Below are positions 58,252 through 63,743 of a stretch of DNA of 63,743 nt, in pieces. This DNA comes from Terriglobales bacterium (GTDB taxonomy: Bacteria > Acidobacteriota > Terriglobia > Terriglobales > SCQP01). The DNA lies in the NCBI GenBank assembly GCA_025451775.1, contig JANWJU010000108.1, forward strand, positions 1 to 63,743, given 5' to 3'. Position numbers and translations under genes: made by a program. The notes under the pieces are model-generated. The model searched no databases and was not told where the DNA came from. It saw only the letters and a program-made list of their open reading frames with translations. The stretch's first letter is position 1. Every line of letters starts with the position of its first letter.

Positions 58252-58635
58252 TTAAGCGGGGCGGCGGCGGCGGATGGAGCGGAACAACCTGCGGATGAGA
58301 ACGTGCACGCCTCCGGCTAAAATGCCGATCAACGCGTACAGGAGCCCGTTCTTGCCCGCCAGCCAAAGGGCAAGGTGCGTGGCTTGGTGGCCGCTCAACC
58401 CAGGCGTGGTCATCAGCCGCAAAGATGCGGGCCAGACGCGCAGCCACAGCGATGGCTGCGGGTGCAGCGAGGTGAACAACGACGCGATCAACAGCAGCGC
58501 CACCAGCACCCCGGCCATGAACAACGCCCCCGCCCAGCGCCCCAGCGTCGTTAAATCCTCCACCCGGCGCGGTGGGAGAACGGCGGCCTCGATGGGGGTG
58601 AGCAGTTTGTAGTGGCGTCGGCGTTTGCGCGTCAT
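58252..58635 (-). CDS. Hypothetical membrane protein
   Basis: Basic N-terminus and two or three hydrophobic segments; TAGACT upstream. Confidence 0.6.
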   Translation of the reverse strand: MTRKRRRHYKLLTPIEAAVLPPRRVEDLTTLGRWAGALFMAGVLVALLLIASLFTSLHPQPSLWLRVWPASLRLMTTPGLSGHQATHLALWLAGKNGLLYALIGILAGGVHVLIRRLFRSIRRRRPA

Positions 58636-58671
58636 AACCTTAGCGGTGCTTTATAGTCTAGCCGTGCGGGA

Positions 58672-58720
58672 GCGCCAGCGGCGGGATTGGGCGGAAGGGC
58701 CCCGGTCCTGCCGCTGGCGC
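58672..58720. other. Strong GC hairpin (terminator- or REP-like)
   Basis: GCGCCAGCGGCGGGA...TCCTGCCGCTGGCGC, 15-bp stem (one G-U on the plus strand). Confidence 0.55.
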
Positions 58721-58755
58721 CGAGCGGGCGGCGCATTCGCGCCGGGTGCCCGCGA

Positions 58756-62603
<3,848 letters not shown>

Positions 62604-62636
62604 GGCCGCGCCGCGGGTGGCTCGGCCTCGCTCCAG

Positions 62637-63743
62637 CTACTTCTTCGGCGCCTGCGGGACGACGGCTCCCATGGCCGGCGTGTAGCCCTTGACGACGCCC
62701 TTGTCCAGGGTGAGCAGAAACGGCAGGTTCGGATCCGGCGGGTTCGGCTTGTACGATTCGATGATGCCGTCAACGGTCACCTCATCGCCCACTTTGGGAC
62801 GCTTAAGCCAGTCGGCGGCAATGATCAGATGCACATCGGCGGTGGGGGTGACCGCGCCGGCTTTGGCGCCGACCGCGATATCGACGCTTTTGGCGGCAAC
62901 CTCGGTCACGACACCATCCAGCTCAACACCCGTTCCTTTCACCTTGGCCCACTCGGCGTTGGCATATTCAGCGCGCTTGAGCCGCCATTCCAGGCCAGGG
63001 AAGCTACCCTCCGGCGGCGGGGTGTTTTTCGCCGCCTCGACCGCCTTTTGGTAGGCGGCCATGTTGGTGGCGTTCTCGACGTCGACCTTGGAAAGGATTT
63101 TGAACCCTGCCGGCGGGGCATTGTTGCTGGTGGCCGTGGTGATAACGGTGTCGAGCCCATCGGTGGCGCCGTGATAGCTGGTGTAGACGGTGGTCAGGTA
63201 GCTCTTGAACGCCGCCGTCTGTGGCGCCAATACCGAAGCCTTGGCGAGATCGAAGATGCCGGCGTTGTAGTCCGGGACGGCTTGCGTGACCTCGGCGATG
63301 CCACGCCAGTAGTACGGCAGCGGGTCCTTGGGGCTCTCCTGGGTGGCTTTGCTCAGGGTGGTGATGGCGGCGGCGTACTGCTTGGAGTTGAGCTGGGCGA
63401 AGCCCAGCGCCTTGGTCAGGATCGGCCCATACTGCCCTTGCGACGTGGCTGGAGCGGAAGCGAGCAGTTGCTGGCCGCAGGTGGCGGCTTCCTCCAGCGT
63501 AGCCATTTTGGCCGCCATGTTGGGGTCGTTGGGCTGCACCAGCGTGGGATCGAGGTAGGCGATGATGGTATAGGCTGGCAGCAGTTGGCTCGCCTCGGCC
63601 GTGGGCGATTTCAGCAGTTGCTCGGCGGTTTGTACCGCCTGGGCGCGCAGCGCCGGATCGGCGGCTTGCGCGGCCATCTCCAGCTGCAGCCCGTCATCCT
63701 TATAGGCGGAATCAGGATGCTTCTGCACGAAGGCGGCGGCCAA
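62637..63743 (-). CDS. TPR-containing protein (5' end beyond the window)
   Basis: Open frame to the window edge; TPR-like ALGFAQLNSKQYAAAI...PYYWRG; possible C-terminal OB-like fold. Confidence 0.7.
   Translation of the reverse strand: MAAAFVQKHPDSAYKDDGLQLEMAAQAADPALRAQAVQTAEQLLKSPTAEASQLLPAYTIIAYLDPTLVQPNDPNMAAKMATLEEAATCGQQLLASAPATSQGQYGPILTKALGFAQLNSKQYAAAITTLSKATQESPKDPLPYYWRGIAEVTQAVPDYNAGIFDLAKASVLAPQTAAFKSYLTTVYTSYHGATDGLDTVITTATSNNAPPAGFKILSKVDVENATNMAAYQKAVEAAKNTPPPEGSFPGLEWRLKRAEYANAEWAKVKGTGVELDGVVTEVAAKSVDIAVGAKAGAVTPTADVHLIIAADWLKRPKVGDEVTVDGIIESYKPNPPDPNLPFLLTLDKGVVKGYTPAMGAVVPQAPKK

Noticed and set aside
58672-58720. Hairpin as SRP (4.5S) RNA
   Set aside because: Lacks the conserved CAGG-GRAA-AGCA domain IV motif

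Overview
GC-rich bacterial chromosome segment. The gene repertoire (MacB-like double-FtsX permease, carboxypeptidase-regulatory-domain TonB receptors, FG-GAP proteins, cytochrome c-HhH fusion) suggests Acidobacteriota; this is an inference. Housekeeping genes (prfA, def, aroC, smc, an AddAB-like helicase/nuclease pair, ptrB, proC, a class A PBP, proS, a ubiD-family gene, ligA, tRNA-Arg(ACG), tRNA-Thr(CGT)) are interleaved with accessory genes: two TonB receptors, an intact higBA, a decayed phd-vapC, one intact and one decayed ECF sigma module, a GH10 and FG-GAP pair, and a ketosynthase/methyltransferase/FAD-oxidoreductase trio. The most notable observations are: (1) a dispersed 41-bp repeat, plus a second 33-bp repeat, found intergenically, in-frame inside proteins as the peptide ATSGSDPAKSGEPP, and out-of-frame in a destroyed sigma gene; (2) a Cys-rich RPP-tailed uORF and a long hairpin directly upstream of a TonB receptor, resembling CruR/CutF; (3) a shared 19-nt motif just 3' of two unrelated tRNAs; (4) a zinc-finger anti-sigma factor with a degenerate extracytoplasmic HNH-like domain; (5) tandem NrdR-like boxes upstream of smc. 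No integrase, transposase, CRISPR array or rRNA was seen. All calls were made by eye, with no database searches.
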